A DNA stretch of 64,000 bases from Octopus sinensis (GCF_006345805.1 NC_043000.1:13330001-13394000); one strand, 5' to 3'. Positions 37,860 to 50,838 are shown, counted from the stretch's first letter. Made by a program: numbers and translations. The notes: generated by a model not told the origin, from the sequence alone.

Positions 37860-38234
37860 TATATATGTGATGTCTTGGTCATCGTCGACAACGACCGGTA
37901 AACATTATTATTAAGGCTGCAAGACTTTAAATTTGCTTCGGCTCATAAGATGAACCCATCTCATCACTCCTACGCACTAGTGAAACTTTAAGTCATATAC
38001 ACCTAACTCTAACTATTGTGTGTGTGTGTGCGTACGTTTATATGCATATGCTTTTGTATCATATTTTAATTGTCTTGATAAGAGCTATCTTAATACCGAC
38101 AGAAGCAGTGAAAAACAGCACATCTATGAACTAATGGTTGCTGCTGTCGTTGTGGTTGTTGTTTGTACTATAGCTCAGCCATTTTCAGAGCAAACCTATG
38201 ATCAAAATTGTACCGACTGTTATTTGTATCTTTA

Positions 38235-38791
38235 TTGGGTTGTCCGGAAAGTTCGTGCCGATTTATAGTAGCTTACATTTCGACTTATTTTAGAACATGG
38301 TTGAGTCCATAAAATAGGATTTGACTACACCTCCATTTAGAGCACAGTTTAACCTATCTTTTCGTGGAAGAAGGTTTATGTTCCTATAACCTGTGTTAAT
38401 TATTGTATCCTTTAAAATGGAAGATAAGAAAGTTCATTTTCGGCACTTGAAGCTTTGGGAACCAGACAAAAATTGCTGTAGCTCGGCTGGGATGTGTTAC
38501 CCCACCCTCCATATTCACTAGATATTGCTCCTTCGGATTTCCACTTATTCAGGTCTCTGCAGAATAGTCTTAATGGTAAAAATTTCAATTCTTTGGATGA
38601 CGTAAAAAGATACCTTGATGAATTCTTTGCCATGAAACCATCTCAATTCTGGGAAGAGGGTATTTTCAAGTTAAAGGAAAGATGGAGACACATTGTGCAA
38701 CAAAATGGTTCATATTTGGTTGATAAAAAAATGTAATGGCAAGTATTTTTCTTTCCTTTAAAAATCGGCACGAACTTTCCGGACAACCCAA
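38235..38791 (+). mobile_element. Internally deleted mariner element with perfect ~30-bp TIRs
   Basis: Direct: TA|ttgggttgtccggaaagttcgtgccgattt ... aaatcggcacgaactttccggacaacccaa. Retains MEDKKVHFRH and the C-terminus LPHPPYSLDIAPSDFHLFRSLQN...WRHIVQQNGSY. Confidence 0.92.
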
Positions 38792-39517
38792 AACATTGTC
38801 CACTGTGGTGGATCTTGAGTCTTGTAAAGACTCAATAACTGGTTTGAAATGGAGTAATTACTGAAGTACGCACATTTAGCAATTTAGCAATGATATGTGA
38901 GAGGACACTTGAGAGAGCTATGATGATGACGAGGACGATCGTTTATAGCAACTTTGAAGGGTTTAGTGTGTTTTTCACGCACAATGAGGGTGTGGTACGT
39001 AGCTGTTTATTTGATAAGTGTAGGAATGCTGTCAAAGGAGAATAGGTTGTCATGTTTTCAGCGAAGCACATTTGCGAGGTCCGTCCATAGAAACAGTATC
39101 CGTATAGCGTTATGTGTCTAGATTGCGTGTGCATGACACCTGTATTGGGAGATCTAAGAACGAGTGAAGGCCGATATCATTTGTGTGGTAGTAGTGTGTA
39201 GTGTTAGAAGTGAGAAGTAGGACGTCAGTGTGTATCAAAGGGAAGAGCGTGGAAGAATGTTGTTAAAGCTCAGAATACACTAGAGTCGATATTGTACGGG
39301 TCGCAGAGAACATTGTCAACACGTGTTTACGATAGAACAATTTGATAGGCAACTTGCGATCAAAGAGACAACAGAAAATACATTCAAAATCTTTGTTATA
39401 AATGTGTAAATGAACGTATGAATGACATGTCAATATATGTAAATGTATAAATATTGTTATGATAACAAGTCGGTTTATAGAAACGCGAGCTATTCCCGCG
39501 CTAAATTTACACACACA

Positions 39518-39561
<44 letters not shown>

Positions 39562-39599
39562 AATGTGTTAACGGCTAAGCATAAAACATTATATGCGAG

Positions 39600-39675
39600 C
39601 GTGTATATGCCTATATATGCGTGTTTGTGCGTGGAAACATGGATTTATATGTATGTATGTATATATGTATATATG

Positions 39676-39709
<34 letters not shown>

Positions 39710-39810
39710 TGTATGTATGTATGTATGTATGTATATATGTATGTATGTATTTATGCATGTATGTGTGTGTATGTATGAAAATATGTTTCTATGTATGTAT
39801 GAAATGATAA

Positions 39811-39860
<50 letters not shown>
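39600..39860. repeat. (TATG)n and (GA)n microsatellites
   Basis: Direct. Confidence 0.88.
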
Positions 39861-39864
<4 letters not shown>

Positions 39865-40033
39865 CGCAGAAAACAGACAGATGTGTGGTACGTATGGCAA
39901 ACTGTAAAAATGGCACTGGTAAAAAATGACACAATAAGCTTACTGAAATATACACTATTGGCAAAAGAAGTAGAATAGAGTTTTTACGTATATGTTTATA
40001 TGACACTATGTATATAGTCACCAATATAGTATA

Positions 40034-40424
40034 CTAGCAGTATCGCCCGACGTTGCTCGGGTTTGTTTCGACCCTTTAAAATTGGAATTTTTGAAAAGTA
40101 AAAATTTTGCATTATGTAGCTTGTTATTCTCTTCAAGTGAACATTTTTCTGGTTGAAATACACCGAAAAGTGGTGACACAGCAGTGAAAAAATCGTAAAA
40201 TATAGGGATTTTCATAGAAAAAAGCACCTTTTTGATGTAAATAATTTTTGGTGTTAACATGGTCCAATTTGAATTTTATCTTGTACGGAAGGAAGAGCAA
40301 GCCTTCTTCTATCATACTCTCAATTTTGGTCAACTTGCGCTGCAGGGTCTCGGAGGAGATAGTGTTAGTTGAAGGCTACCAAACCTGGCGCACACAGACA
40401 ACTTCAGCTTTATATAGAGAGAGA
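40034..40424 (-). mobile_element. Non-autonomous Helitron-like element sharing its 3' end with 30368/31683
   Basis: Direct: plus strand a|ctagcagtatcgcccgacgttgctcggg is the reverse complement of the shared 3' end. 5' end A|TC at 40424. Confidence 0.78.
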
Positions 40425-40444
40425 TAACACACACACATTAATAC

Positions 40445-40475
<31 letters not shown>

Positions 40476-40591
40476 CATGTATGTATGTATGGATGTATGT
40501 ATGTATATATGTACATCTGTCCACTTCTTGCCATATTTTTATCCTTCACTTCCTACACACACACACACCTACACACACACACAGACACACA

Positions 40592-40642
<51 letters not shown>

Positions 40643-40752
40643 ACACACACACCTTCTTAGCTTACAATTTCTTTCTTTCAACAATTGACAACTGAAGTAC
40701 GCTCGCAAATTAATACTACGAAAACTTAGCGACAGAAAGTAAATTAAAAACC

Positions 40753-41145
40753 AATCGTAAAATATTGAGTTTTCTCGAATTTTTGCTTAATTGGGGATCA
40801 AATTGAAAGAAATTTCAATGCCATGACCCTATGGAATGTACTTCGAAAAATCATAGGTAAATTCCAATTGAAGAAATTGCGTGAGGAGTAAATCGTTATG
40901 TATTTATTTGTTTCTGTTTCCTGTGTATTTTTTTTGAGTAGTGGTTTAAGGTACACTTGCAAAGAGAAAGTAGGAGAAAGTGTGGTAATAGGAGTGAAGC
41001 AGTTGATATGAGAGAGGCAAATCGTAAAATATTTAGTTTTCTCGAATTTTTGCTTAATTGGGGGTCAAATTGAAAAAAATTGATATGCCATGACCCAATG
41101 GAATCTACTTCGAAAAATCATAGGTAAATTCCAATTGAAGAAATT
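40753..41145. repeat. Direct duplication of ~126 bp (40753-40878, 41020-41145), possibly inside another Helitron-like element
   Basis: Direct: aatcgtaaaatatt.agttttctcgaatttttgcttaattgggg...ccaattgaagaaatt occurs twice. Confidence 0.8.
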
Positions 41146-41579
41146 CTATATTGTACAATTGTATTAAAAACAAACTATGTCAGAGGCAGAGAAAATCTGC
41201 CTTTTATCATAAGAGATAGTCACTTCAGTAAGCTTATTGTGCCATTTTTGCCTAAATTCATATACATACATACATGCATACATACATACATACATACATA
41301 CATACATACATACATACATACATACTATTATATATATATAATAGAGGTCACAAAGGTGACAGTGGGTATTGACTAGGACCGCTTTTGCTAAAGATAAGAG
41401 TTAAACTAACTCAAAGCCACAAACGCACAGTCTTAAGTGACTGACAAAGGGAGGTAAGTCCCCAGCGTACATAGCCTGATCGCGATTTCGGATTTTGATG
41501 TAGACCATCTTAATCCTCACCAACGACTCTTAACGTCAAGTACCGCTGTCAGTCATATAAGAAAAGCGGTAAAAGTGTA

Positions 41580-41611
<32 letters not shown>

Positions 41612-41685
41612 CACACATACACATATATATATGTACACACATACACATATATATATATTATAAACTATATATATATATATATATA

Positions 41686-41740
<55 letters not shown>

Positions 41741-42158
41741 TGGGATAGGGGTTGTAATGCAACCCTCCATGGGATAACATATATCCAATATACTGCTAGT
41801 GAAGTACCCAACAAAGTTAATACATAATGTTAAGGATTGCGATGCAATCAATTCATTTACTGTATTATATGGGCAAAGGTAAAATGAATTTTACCACAAA
41901 TTACTAATACAAGATAAGAAAATGGAGAAATACATCCAAATCAAATATCAATTACCAGATAATACTCAATCACATACTTTATTAAACCACCACATAAGAG
42001 ACTGTAGGGTTAAACATAAAAATGCAGAACAAATCAGTGTACATAAAGGAGTGTACATAAAAAAGTGTACATAAAAGAGTGATGTTGTATAATAAAGTAG
42101 AATATATATAAAAAAGAGAATATACATATAAGTAAATATAAATATAAGTATAGATTAC

Positions 42159-42285
42159 ATCTTACAGCTGTTTCGGCCATGTAGATAAGTATGTCTCATT
42201 TTACCAATATTGGCCTTTTATGGTAGGTCAATATATAGATATAAATGAGACATTTACAAAAATATCATAAGGCCTCCTTGGAGAT
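42159..42285 (-). ncRNA. Decayed hammerhead with ~100-nt loop II
   Basis: Direct (minus strand): atct-CCAAGGA-GGCC...GGCC-GAAAC-AGCT-GTA-agat. Two core mismatches, with an inner atgtctcattt/aaatgagacat hairpin. Confidence 0.55.
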
Positions 42286-42724
42286 ATACATATACATATG
42301 AGTGCATATACTCACACACTCCTATACATATAAAAATATACATATACATAATATGTAAATAAAAATAATAAATTAGTAAACATATATACGTTCCATATTC
42401 AACGTTTCAGTTCTTCAACTTAATATTGTGATAATAAACATACACATATTAGTACCTAGATGCAAATATACATAGTCAATAGTACATTATATTACTTCCT
42501 ACTAATTTCCAAAGCGTCATTAAAGTTAGCATCATTATCGTTGTCAATACCATTAATGCTATCATTATTATCATTCATAATATTATTAATAACGCTTACA
42601 TTAGGATCCGAAGTGGCACATATGTATGTCCGGGTTCCAATTAGTAATTTTCCTTATGACATAAATACACTATTGGATTTGAATTTAAATTATCATTGTC
42701 TTCATCATGGTTGGTCCGTTGAGA

Positions 42725-44178
42725 CCCGCCCGACCTACACCACATAGATAAACTCTGGAATGAAAACATAGATAAACTCCTAAAATTTAAAAACCTATTG
42801 AACAGCATAAACCCAAATATACAGTTCACAATGGAATACAACCAAAAGGAGCTCCCGTTCTTGGATATACTAATTAAAAAAATTAACCTTAAATAGAAAC
42901 AGACATTTTTTACAAACCACAGACGCCAAACAATACCTTCTTTTTAATTCATGCCACCCAAGACACACTAAAACAAACATCCCCTTCAACCTTGCAAGAA
43001 GGATATGCACAATAGTGTCAGAACAAAATACCAGAACTTTAGACTGCAAGAACTCAAAAAACCCTAATTGACAGACATTACCCAGCTCAACTCATAGAGG
43101 ATGGGATCAGACGTGCAACAGAAATCAACATAGAAACTTTAAGAAAAGTTCAACACACACCAACACCTTCCCCGAAAATACTACCTTACATATCTACATA
43201 CAACCCCAGAAACAAAGAAGCCTTCACCATCATCACCCAGATTTACCAATACTTCATAAAAACCCAAAATTAAAGGAAATTCTAACATACAACACAAATC
43301 ATTAAAAGCTACAAACAGCCTAAATCACTTAAAAAAGATTCTCACAAAGGCAAAATTGTCTTCTAAAATTACGGATGCAAAAGTAAAAAAATGTGTAGAT
43401 CGAACTGCTGTGCAACATGTCCTAACCTATTGGAAGGATCAGAATTCTTCTTTAAAGAGGGACAGAAATTTAAGATCAAATCAACTTTACTTACTTGTGC
43501 CTCTGAAAACATAATTTATGTTTAATTCGGGTCCGGGCTGCCACCAAGACTACGTGGGTTCCACGGGACTATCACTCAGGCGCAGATGCACACTGCATCG
43601 ACAACAGATTGCATTCCCAGAATATAGAATGATACCTTTTAGTGAGCACATTGAGAAATGCGCAAAGCAACTACTGCCACCATTTTTTCATCTCCCCTTT
43701 TACCAATGTGCTTTCGGATCATCAACACAAATGAGACTGAACAAGGAAACATTCTTCATTGAAAAGTACAAACCCAAATCAACCATCCGAACATACTGAC
43801 ACAGAGAAATTAACAAGGAAAAGGAAAAAAAAAAAAAAAAAAAATTTTTAAGCGATTATCTCCCCTACACCGGAAAAAATCACTCACTACCTCCCCTTAT
43901 TCAGAAATCTCCTGGAAATAAAAACAACGATAATTCCATGCAATATAAACATAACGTCACAAGAAATTTGAAAAGCTACACGCGAAACCGGTAATTTCTT
44001 TAAAAATTTTAAAATTATGTCATTTTAAGGAAAGGGAAAAAAAATTTTTCCAATATTCTCCAGACATTTTGACACATATATATATTTTTTAACATTTAAG
44101 CCTTCTGTCGTTTTTTCACACTTTACTATTTTCTTATATATTCACCCACGTGCTTTACCAAACAAACTTTCTTATCTA

Positions 44179-44185
<7 letters not shown>
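42725..44185 (+). mobile_element. 5'-truncated Penelope-like element: RT C-terminus, GIY-YIG endonuclease and 3' pLTR
   Basis: Manual translation: INPNIQFTMEYNQKELPFLDILI...YLLFNSCHPRHTKTNIPFNLARRICTIVS. ORF track: CHQDYVGSTGLSLRRRCTLHRQQI...KETFFIEKYKPK. Established PLE motifs, with multiple frameshifts. Confidence 0.88.
43961..44000 (+). ncRNA. Decayed hammerhead in the 3' pLTR of the PLE
   Basis: Direct: AAGAAAT-TTGAAAA-GC tacac GC-GAAAC-CG-GTA-ATTTCTT. Perfect 7-bp stem I, palindromic ACCGGT stem III, two core transitions. Confidence 0.65.
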
Positions 44186-44217
<32 letters not shown>

Positions 44218-44220
<3 letters not shown>

Positions 44221-44425
44221 GGGTATGAGAGGTATTGGTGTCAAGAAGACCCAAAAAGGTGTCGGGTAAGGCTAAGTAAATGCTATGGATAGAGCATGGT
44301 TAAGGTTCGATAATGATACGAATGAGGAGTCCAATGTGGGTCATGTATTAGCATGTATATATACAAACTGGCAGAATGAGATAAAAAATCTAAGGCTGTA
44401 AATAGTTTTCAGAACACTTATAGAT
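44218..44425. mobile_element. Repeat fragment homologous to 50888-51095
   Basis: Direct: both start tcgagggtatgagaggtattggtgtcaagaagacccaaaa immediately after (TA)n. This copy stops before the hammerhead. Confidence 0.8.
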
Positions 44426-45716
44426 ATTTATATACACACATATATATATATACATATACACATATATGTATATATACATATATATACACGCATATATATA
44501 TATATGTATATATATATACATATATATATATATGTATACATATACATGTATGTATATATATATGTATATATACATATGCACACACACATTCATGCTTCAC
44601 ACATCCATCGCAAATAGATGCAGTTTCTTAGAGTTTTTCCTTCTTTCTATTACTCTCTTTAACTTTAAGTACTCTCCTTCAACACTCATACATCGAAACC
44701 GACAGGAGCGATCATCATCATCATCATCATCAGCTATAAAACAACGTATCCCGTCCCATCACGTCTTATAAATTACTGGAAGCATGATTTCGTTTATTTG
44801 GATGTAAATTACTGACAACCGAAGTTTTTATCTTCTGCTAAAAAATTTATTACTCCTTTGCTCATAAACGAGCACAAAAAGGAGTATCATCTCTACTAAA
44901 ATTTCTTATTCTATATATATATATAAAGTACAAAAGTGGGACAGGAACGCAAAACATCCAGACAGTTAGGTAATACAGAAAGGGGGGCAACAAAGCATCC
45001 AGACAGACGACGATACAAGGAAAACAAGGACGGGTCATTCGAAGTTTTCTTTCCTCAGTCGAGTTCCAGATTATCTTTGCAATTTCGGCTGTATATATAT
45101 ATATATATATATATTAAATAAACTTTTGTTCGAGAGAAAATCTTTACTTGCATCATATTCATCAGAAGGCTACATTAATTTAGCACAAAAGCATAACACC
45201 ATGGAAAAGCAGACTATATTAGCGTTTCTGAAACTTGGATGCGTGGAACAAGGTGATTACAAATCAGCTACTTCTAGCTTCGTCGCTGATTTTAGAGAAG
45301 TATATTTGTGTTATACAAATGTTTGAGAAAGAAAAATGTGAGTAAATAATTACAATGAAACGATGTTTGCATCAAAGTTAAACTTGAATACAAGCATTGT
45401 AAATTAAAATTCAGTACAAATATCGATGTTTGTATTTGTGTTAAATATAAACATTTCGGAAATGTATATGCAAGGTAAGTGATTTGTTCTGAGACCGTGT
45501 GCTGAAACTAAAGCAATTACAGCGTGGAAGACACATATTAGCTATTGAAAAGCATACAAAAGCTATTCACTTAAACATTTATTATTTGGTGTCAAAATTT
45601 TAGTTGCATCAATTACGACCCGGTCACTGATACCATTCCACTGCATAAAGTAATGAACGTTTAAGTGAAGTGAGCAGTCTTTGTATGTTTTGAGAAGCTA
45701 ATATGTAGCTTTTGTA

Positions 45717-45925
45717 AGGCAGTGAGCTGGCAGAATCGTTGGCACACCGGACAAAATGCTTAGCGGCGTTTCGTCCGTCTTCATGTTCTGAGTTCAAATC
45801 CCGTCAAGATCAACATTACCTTTTATTCTATTGGGGTCGATAAAATAAGCACTAGTTGAACACTGGGGTCGATGTAAAATACTTACCCGCTCCCCCGAAA
45901 TTGCTGGCCTTGTGCCAAAATTTGA
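45717..45925 (+). mobile_element. Diverged SINE family B copy
   Basis: Direct similarity. Confidence 0.75.
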
Positions 45926-46311
45926 TGGCAATGTGTAGCCTCCCATCTGTAATATCTTTAAATATGAATAAAGATTTCTTTTTGTATTAAGGTTAAACTT
46001 TAAAATATACGAACTTTAGGTTAGTAAAATATGTTTGTGACATATTTTAATTTCTAAGAGTAAATTCACTGTGCAGTTACCGTAGAGAAGATTCTCTCCC
46101 TTATTGCAAAAGATGTAAAAATACACCTAATCTGTTTAGTGTCTTCCCCTAGCGGACGCCCAGACGGGTTTCCAGCTTCTTAGCCATCCTCAATAGGAGA
46201 TGCCGAATGGTTATATATATAAAAATATATTTACACTGCTGGTAAGTCGATGTACAAGCATAGAAAAACTATTTACCAACCAACTAACCAACCAATCAAC
46301 CAGCATACATA

Positions 46312-46780
46312 CATGATGGCTGCCCCCTCGTTATCGAGTATGGCCATTGTACGAAGCTTAACTGTTACTGGTGCTGTGATCGAATGTGACTTTTTAGCCC
46401 AGCTAAAGATCTACAATGTCTTGTACAGAATTGGCAACTAATACCTTTACCGGTAATAGCCGGCTGTAGTTGTAACTGGGTTTTATGTACCTTTGCATGT
46501 CGTTTAAGTCCTCCTGCCGAATTACGCTCCCTTCCACATGCCTGACAGATATGATTAGTATGGTGTGTCGCACCACCACCAGTGGCCAGGTTGTCACTCA
46601 TCTGTCTCGTTTTATGACTACGAAGATGACTCTTGAGTCCAGCTTTACTGGGGCAGGGTCTTGCACAGACACTGCATGTCAGCATCATAGGAAGACCCTT
46701 CCCATCTGGAAGTATAACAACGCTGCCCTTCTTGATATCCCTCCTTACTTTCTCATTCGCAACTCGAGATTTCTCATATA
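46312..46780 (-). mobile_element. 3' end of an RTE-type LINE encoding three CxxC-x-GL-x2-H zinc fingers
   Basis: ORF track 46365-46811: EKSRVANEKVRRDIKK then CSVCARPCPSKAGLKSHLRSH, CQACGRERNSAGGLKRHAKVH and CQFCTRHCRSLAGLKSHIRSQH. This fits the basic-stretch plus C..C.R.C.S..GL.SH.R terminus of RTE ORF2. Confidence 0.7.
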
Positions 46781-47137
46781 CATACATACATACATACATA
46801 CATTCATGCATGCATGATGGCTTTTTTTCCTGTCAACACTCTCCCCTTTTTTCCTGACCGTCCACTACCACCATATCTAGCATTTTACACACATTCGATA
46901 ATTGTCATATACATATACATAAGCACTTGTACAATATCGATTTCCCGGAACCTCTGGTGCCAAAGCTTTTCCAGATCATTGATTTTTCCGAATCAGGGGT
47001 GATCATTAGTGGACATTCTCTAAATTAAACAAATATTAAATTTACTTAAATAATTAACTGAAATACAGGGACCTGTAGATTAGTGTAAATTAGTGCGGGT
47101 TAAAAGTGCTCACAGGCCATCTGTGTCTGGAAAGCCA

Positions 47138-47138
47138 C

Positions 47139-47170
<32 letters not shown>

Positions 47171-47326
47171 ACACACACACACCACACACACACACACACT
47201 CACTCACACACACAACACACACACACACACACACACACACAACACACACACACACACACACACACCACTCACACACACAACCACACACACCACACACCAC
47301 ACACACACACTCACACACACACACAA

Positions 47327-47394
<68 letters not shown>

Positions 47395-47442
47395 CCACTC
47401 ACACACACACACCCACACACCACACACACACACACACTCACA

Positions 47443-47480
<38 letters not shown>
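47138..47480. repeat. Imperfect (CA)n microsatellite, ~340 bp
   Basis: Direct. Confidence 0.95.
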
Positions 47481-47482
<2 letters not shown>

Positions 47483-48049
47483 GTAGAGGAGAGTAATGTT
47501 CCTGTGCAGTATAGACTTCCGTTATGGGTATATATTAAATTAATGCTAATTGATAATAGGATTTTCACAGTGAGTTCACAGTAGATTCTGTTTGAAAATT
47601 AACTGCTTAGTTTTGATGTAAGAATGTTTATCTGGACATATTCTTGTTGAATTGGTAAAAGTTGACGACTCTAGTTAATAAACAGGGTGTGATAATTTTC
47701 TGTTAATTTAAAGTTAAACAATAATTAAAGTAAAGTGGTTACTAAAACTAGTACACAGTATTGCTAATTATGTTAAATAACTGGTATAATTATGTTAAAT
47801 ACTTACTTTAGACATTTAAACTTTTGAGATGTCTACTCAGTGATGTATTCGTAAAAGTTTTGGGTAATTATTTTCTGTAATAACTAACGGATCTAATCTT
47901 TTATCATTTACTTGATTCGGTCATTAGACTGCGGCCATACTAGGGCACCCCCTTGGTGGATTTTAGTCGGACAATTTCGATGTCAGTGCATAGTTGTCGC
48001 TAAGTTATTGGATCCTAAACAAATCGAAGCAGAAGGGAACGAAACAGGA

Positions 48050-48225
48050 ATGTAAAGACGCACGCGTACACACACAGACACACGACGGGCATCCACAGTT
48101 TCCGTCAACCAAATTCCCTGAGAAGGCATTGTTAGGCTTAGGGTCATTTTAGAAGACGCCAGAGGTGACATTGAACCCGAAACCACATGGTTGCAAACCA
48201 AGCTTCTTAACCATACAACCATGCA
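48050..48225 (-). mobile_element. Diverged SINE family A 5' part
   Basis: Direct similarity. Further fragments at 47910-47980 (minus) and 49010-49172 (plus). Confidence 0.65.
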
Positions 48226-48278
48226 AGAGCCCATTGTTGATTACGCTAAATACTTAGTTTAATGACCTTTCAAATGTA

Positions 48279-48304
48279 TTGGGTTGTCCGGAAAGTTCGT
48301 GCCG
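48279..48304 (+). mobile_element. Orphan mariner TIR identical to the TIR at 38235
   Basis: Direct: TA|ttgggttgtccggaaagttcgtgccg, then unrelated sequence. Confidence 0.85.
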
Positions 48305-49450
48305 CAGACCAGTACCAGGCCGTGGATCATTCAGAAAGAATAAAACTTTAAATTTTATTTTTATTTTATTGACAATCGCAGTCTGAAAGTCTGCATGGTG
48401 TTTTTGTATTATATACATACTATATATGTAATTATTAAATTATATATTATGCAGTTTATTGTGTTTTGTTACGCGCGTGATCGCCTAATCTGAGAAAAAA
48501 ATTGTCTTGTATAAAACAAACCTGTCCGTGGTCATAGGGGTCGCAAACGTCCCAACATACCAAAAATAAATTAGGTGAAAACTAAGTTTGCTCCCACTAA
48601 ACAAATTTCGTTCCCGTACTTATGTCTATGGGGCGAAAAAAGGTTGTTTAGGGCCAAATACAAAACATTCAGTTTTATTAGATTCGTTTATGCTTAAGTC
48701 AATAACAGGGCATTTTCTAACTGGAACTGAAAGGCAGCTATAAGTTAAAAACCCATTTGTAGACCCTTTAGATTTAAGCATGTAAAGAAACATAAAACAT
48801 TACAATAGATTATCTTAGAATCAAAATCCCAGGTGGAACTGACAGCATTTTGCAATGCAATATAAATGAGATACCCCGAAATAAGCGCAAAACCTTTAAA
48901 AGTGTTAATGCGATTTCTAACTGCATATTTATGAGTAAGAGCCTTTTCACTGTATTAAATAACAAAGAAAAAAAAATGGAAAATATAGATTTCGAAATAC
49001 ATTGAGTGTAGACATGGCTCTGTGGTTCAGAAGTTTGTTTCCCAGCTACATGGTTTCGGGTTCAGTCCCTCAGTGGAGTACATGTGGGAAGTATTTTTTG
49101 ATATAATCTCAGGCAGAACAAAGACTTGTGAATGGATTTGGTAGACAGAAACTGAAAGAAGACCGTTATATATATATATATAGTTAATCCAAACATGAAA
49201 ACACAAAGAGAAAACACAACAACGCGAGGACGTGGAACAAGCATAGTGTTATTGGACGCCCAGGGAAGAAGGAAAGAAGGAGGGTTTAACGTTTCGAGCA
49301 GAACTCTACGTCAGAAACATAGGAAAAGGAAAGATCCAAAGAAGGGAAGACGGAGGAAAAAAATCGCCAACGGTACACACGTGGTCACATTTCTCCAAAT
49401 TTCTCTCTTTTTCTGTCTGTCTGTCTGACCATCTCTCTCTCTCTCTCTCT

Positions 49451-49783
49451 ATACAGAATTAAGAGGACTAACCACTAAAGTGGACAGCCTATATGCTAAA
49501 CATAGACGTCAAATCGCCATTACCACGAAGAATGTATTCCCAAGAAAAAAAACTCAGCAAAACGCCAAAATGTAAAAATGAGCAAGGCAACTGAAAACAT
49601 ACGAAATTGGTACTTAGGTAATTGTTTTTATTTTGTATGTTTTCATGTCTTCTCATTTTTAAATATTAGCGTTTTGCTGAGATTTTTTTCTTAAGAAAAC
49701 ATTCTTCGTGGTAATGGTGATTTGACGTCTATGTTTAGCATATAGGGTGTCCACTTTAGTGGTCATTCCTCTTAATTTTGTAT
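49451..49783. repeat. Fold-back of the same family as 25099-25548, lacking the hammerhead core
   Basis: Direct: ataca(g/a)aattaagaggactaaccactaaagtggac ... gtccactttagtggtcattcctcttaattttgtat. A unilateral extension to ~49838 matches 25012-25099. Confidence 0.85.
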
Positions 49784-49834
49784 GTAACACGATTTTTAAT
49801 CTTCGGATTTTAAAATTTCTACCCTTATTATTTA

Positions 49835-49879
<45 letters not shown>

Positions 49880-49912
49880 CATACAAAAATACATACATAC
49901 ATACATGCATAC

Positions 49913-49966
<54 letters not shown>

Positions 49967-50479
49967 GATTTTGAAACTTTAGAGTATATATTCCCGAGGC
50001 ATCGATGCTGTTGCCTCGTGGAATATATATTCCCCCTGGCTTCTTTGCCGATGAGACGGACCAGTGGTAAATTGATTTAATTAAATTTAATTTAATTTAA
50101 TTAAGCTGGTTTGCCAAAATGTACGTCGAAACTATGCACAGTCCAAAGATGATAAGGGTAAATGTTTTTAATTTTCCTTTGATTTCTGAATTACTACTAT
50201 TTAGCGGTTTGAGTTTAGCTGCTCGTTTTAGTGAGTCGAATGGCCTATCAAGGCCATTCCTTAATATTATTGTTGAATGTACATTATATAGTCTGTTGAC
50301 TATTTTTTCTTTCTCACTAGACCGCTGGTGGCGAAAAAATTTCTCTTGAATCTTTTGCTACCCTGATATTGATTAATATATATATATATATATATATATA
50401 ATAATTGAGATTCAGTTGAATTAGGTACATAAGCTGAATCAGTGCGGTATTATCCATGCAACTCAAAGTAAGGTGAATA

Positions 50480-50838
50480 AAATCAAAATAAGCAACAGGA
50501 TATCAAGAGGTGATGCAGTATGACCGTTTCAAGCAACTCCATTTAATTGAATAATGCAATCATTACATCAATTTAAATGCACGGCTTTCCTCATCTGGTA
50601 GTATATTCTTAGTTACATTAGTGGTAACATAGACTCTTTCCCTATTCTTGCTCTATTAGAGAATTTGAATAAAATTATATTAATGTGTCCAACTGATTTT
50701 TAAAAAATTCTATTTATTTATTTATGCAGCTGAGGAAAGGCCTGTTTTTAAATTCATGTAATGATTGCATTGTTCAATTAAATAGAGCCGCTTGAAACGG
50801 TCGTACTGCATCACTTCTTGATATACTGTTGCTTATTT

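Noticed and set aside
45040-45092. CTGAGGA and GAAA on minus, suggesting a permuted hammerhead (similar at 33310-33355 and 33970-34015)
   Set aside because: I could not build consistent stems I-III around the core.
45126-45700. Possible transposase remnant (ORF 45126-45326)
   Set aside because: No catalytic or family motif recognised, and no TIR or TSD found.
46365-46811. Host C2H2 zinc-finger gene
   Set aside because: There are no TGEKP-type linkers, the finger pattern and preceding basic stretch match RTE ORF2 ends, and the start codon lies in a microsatellite. Kept as a mobile-element call.
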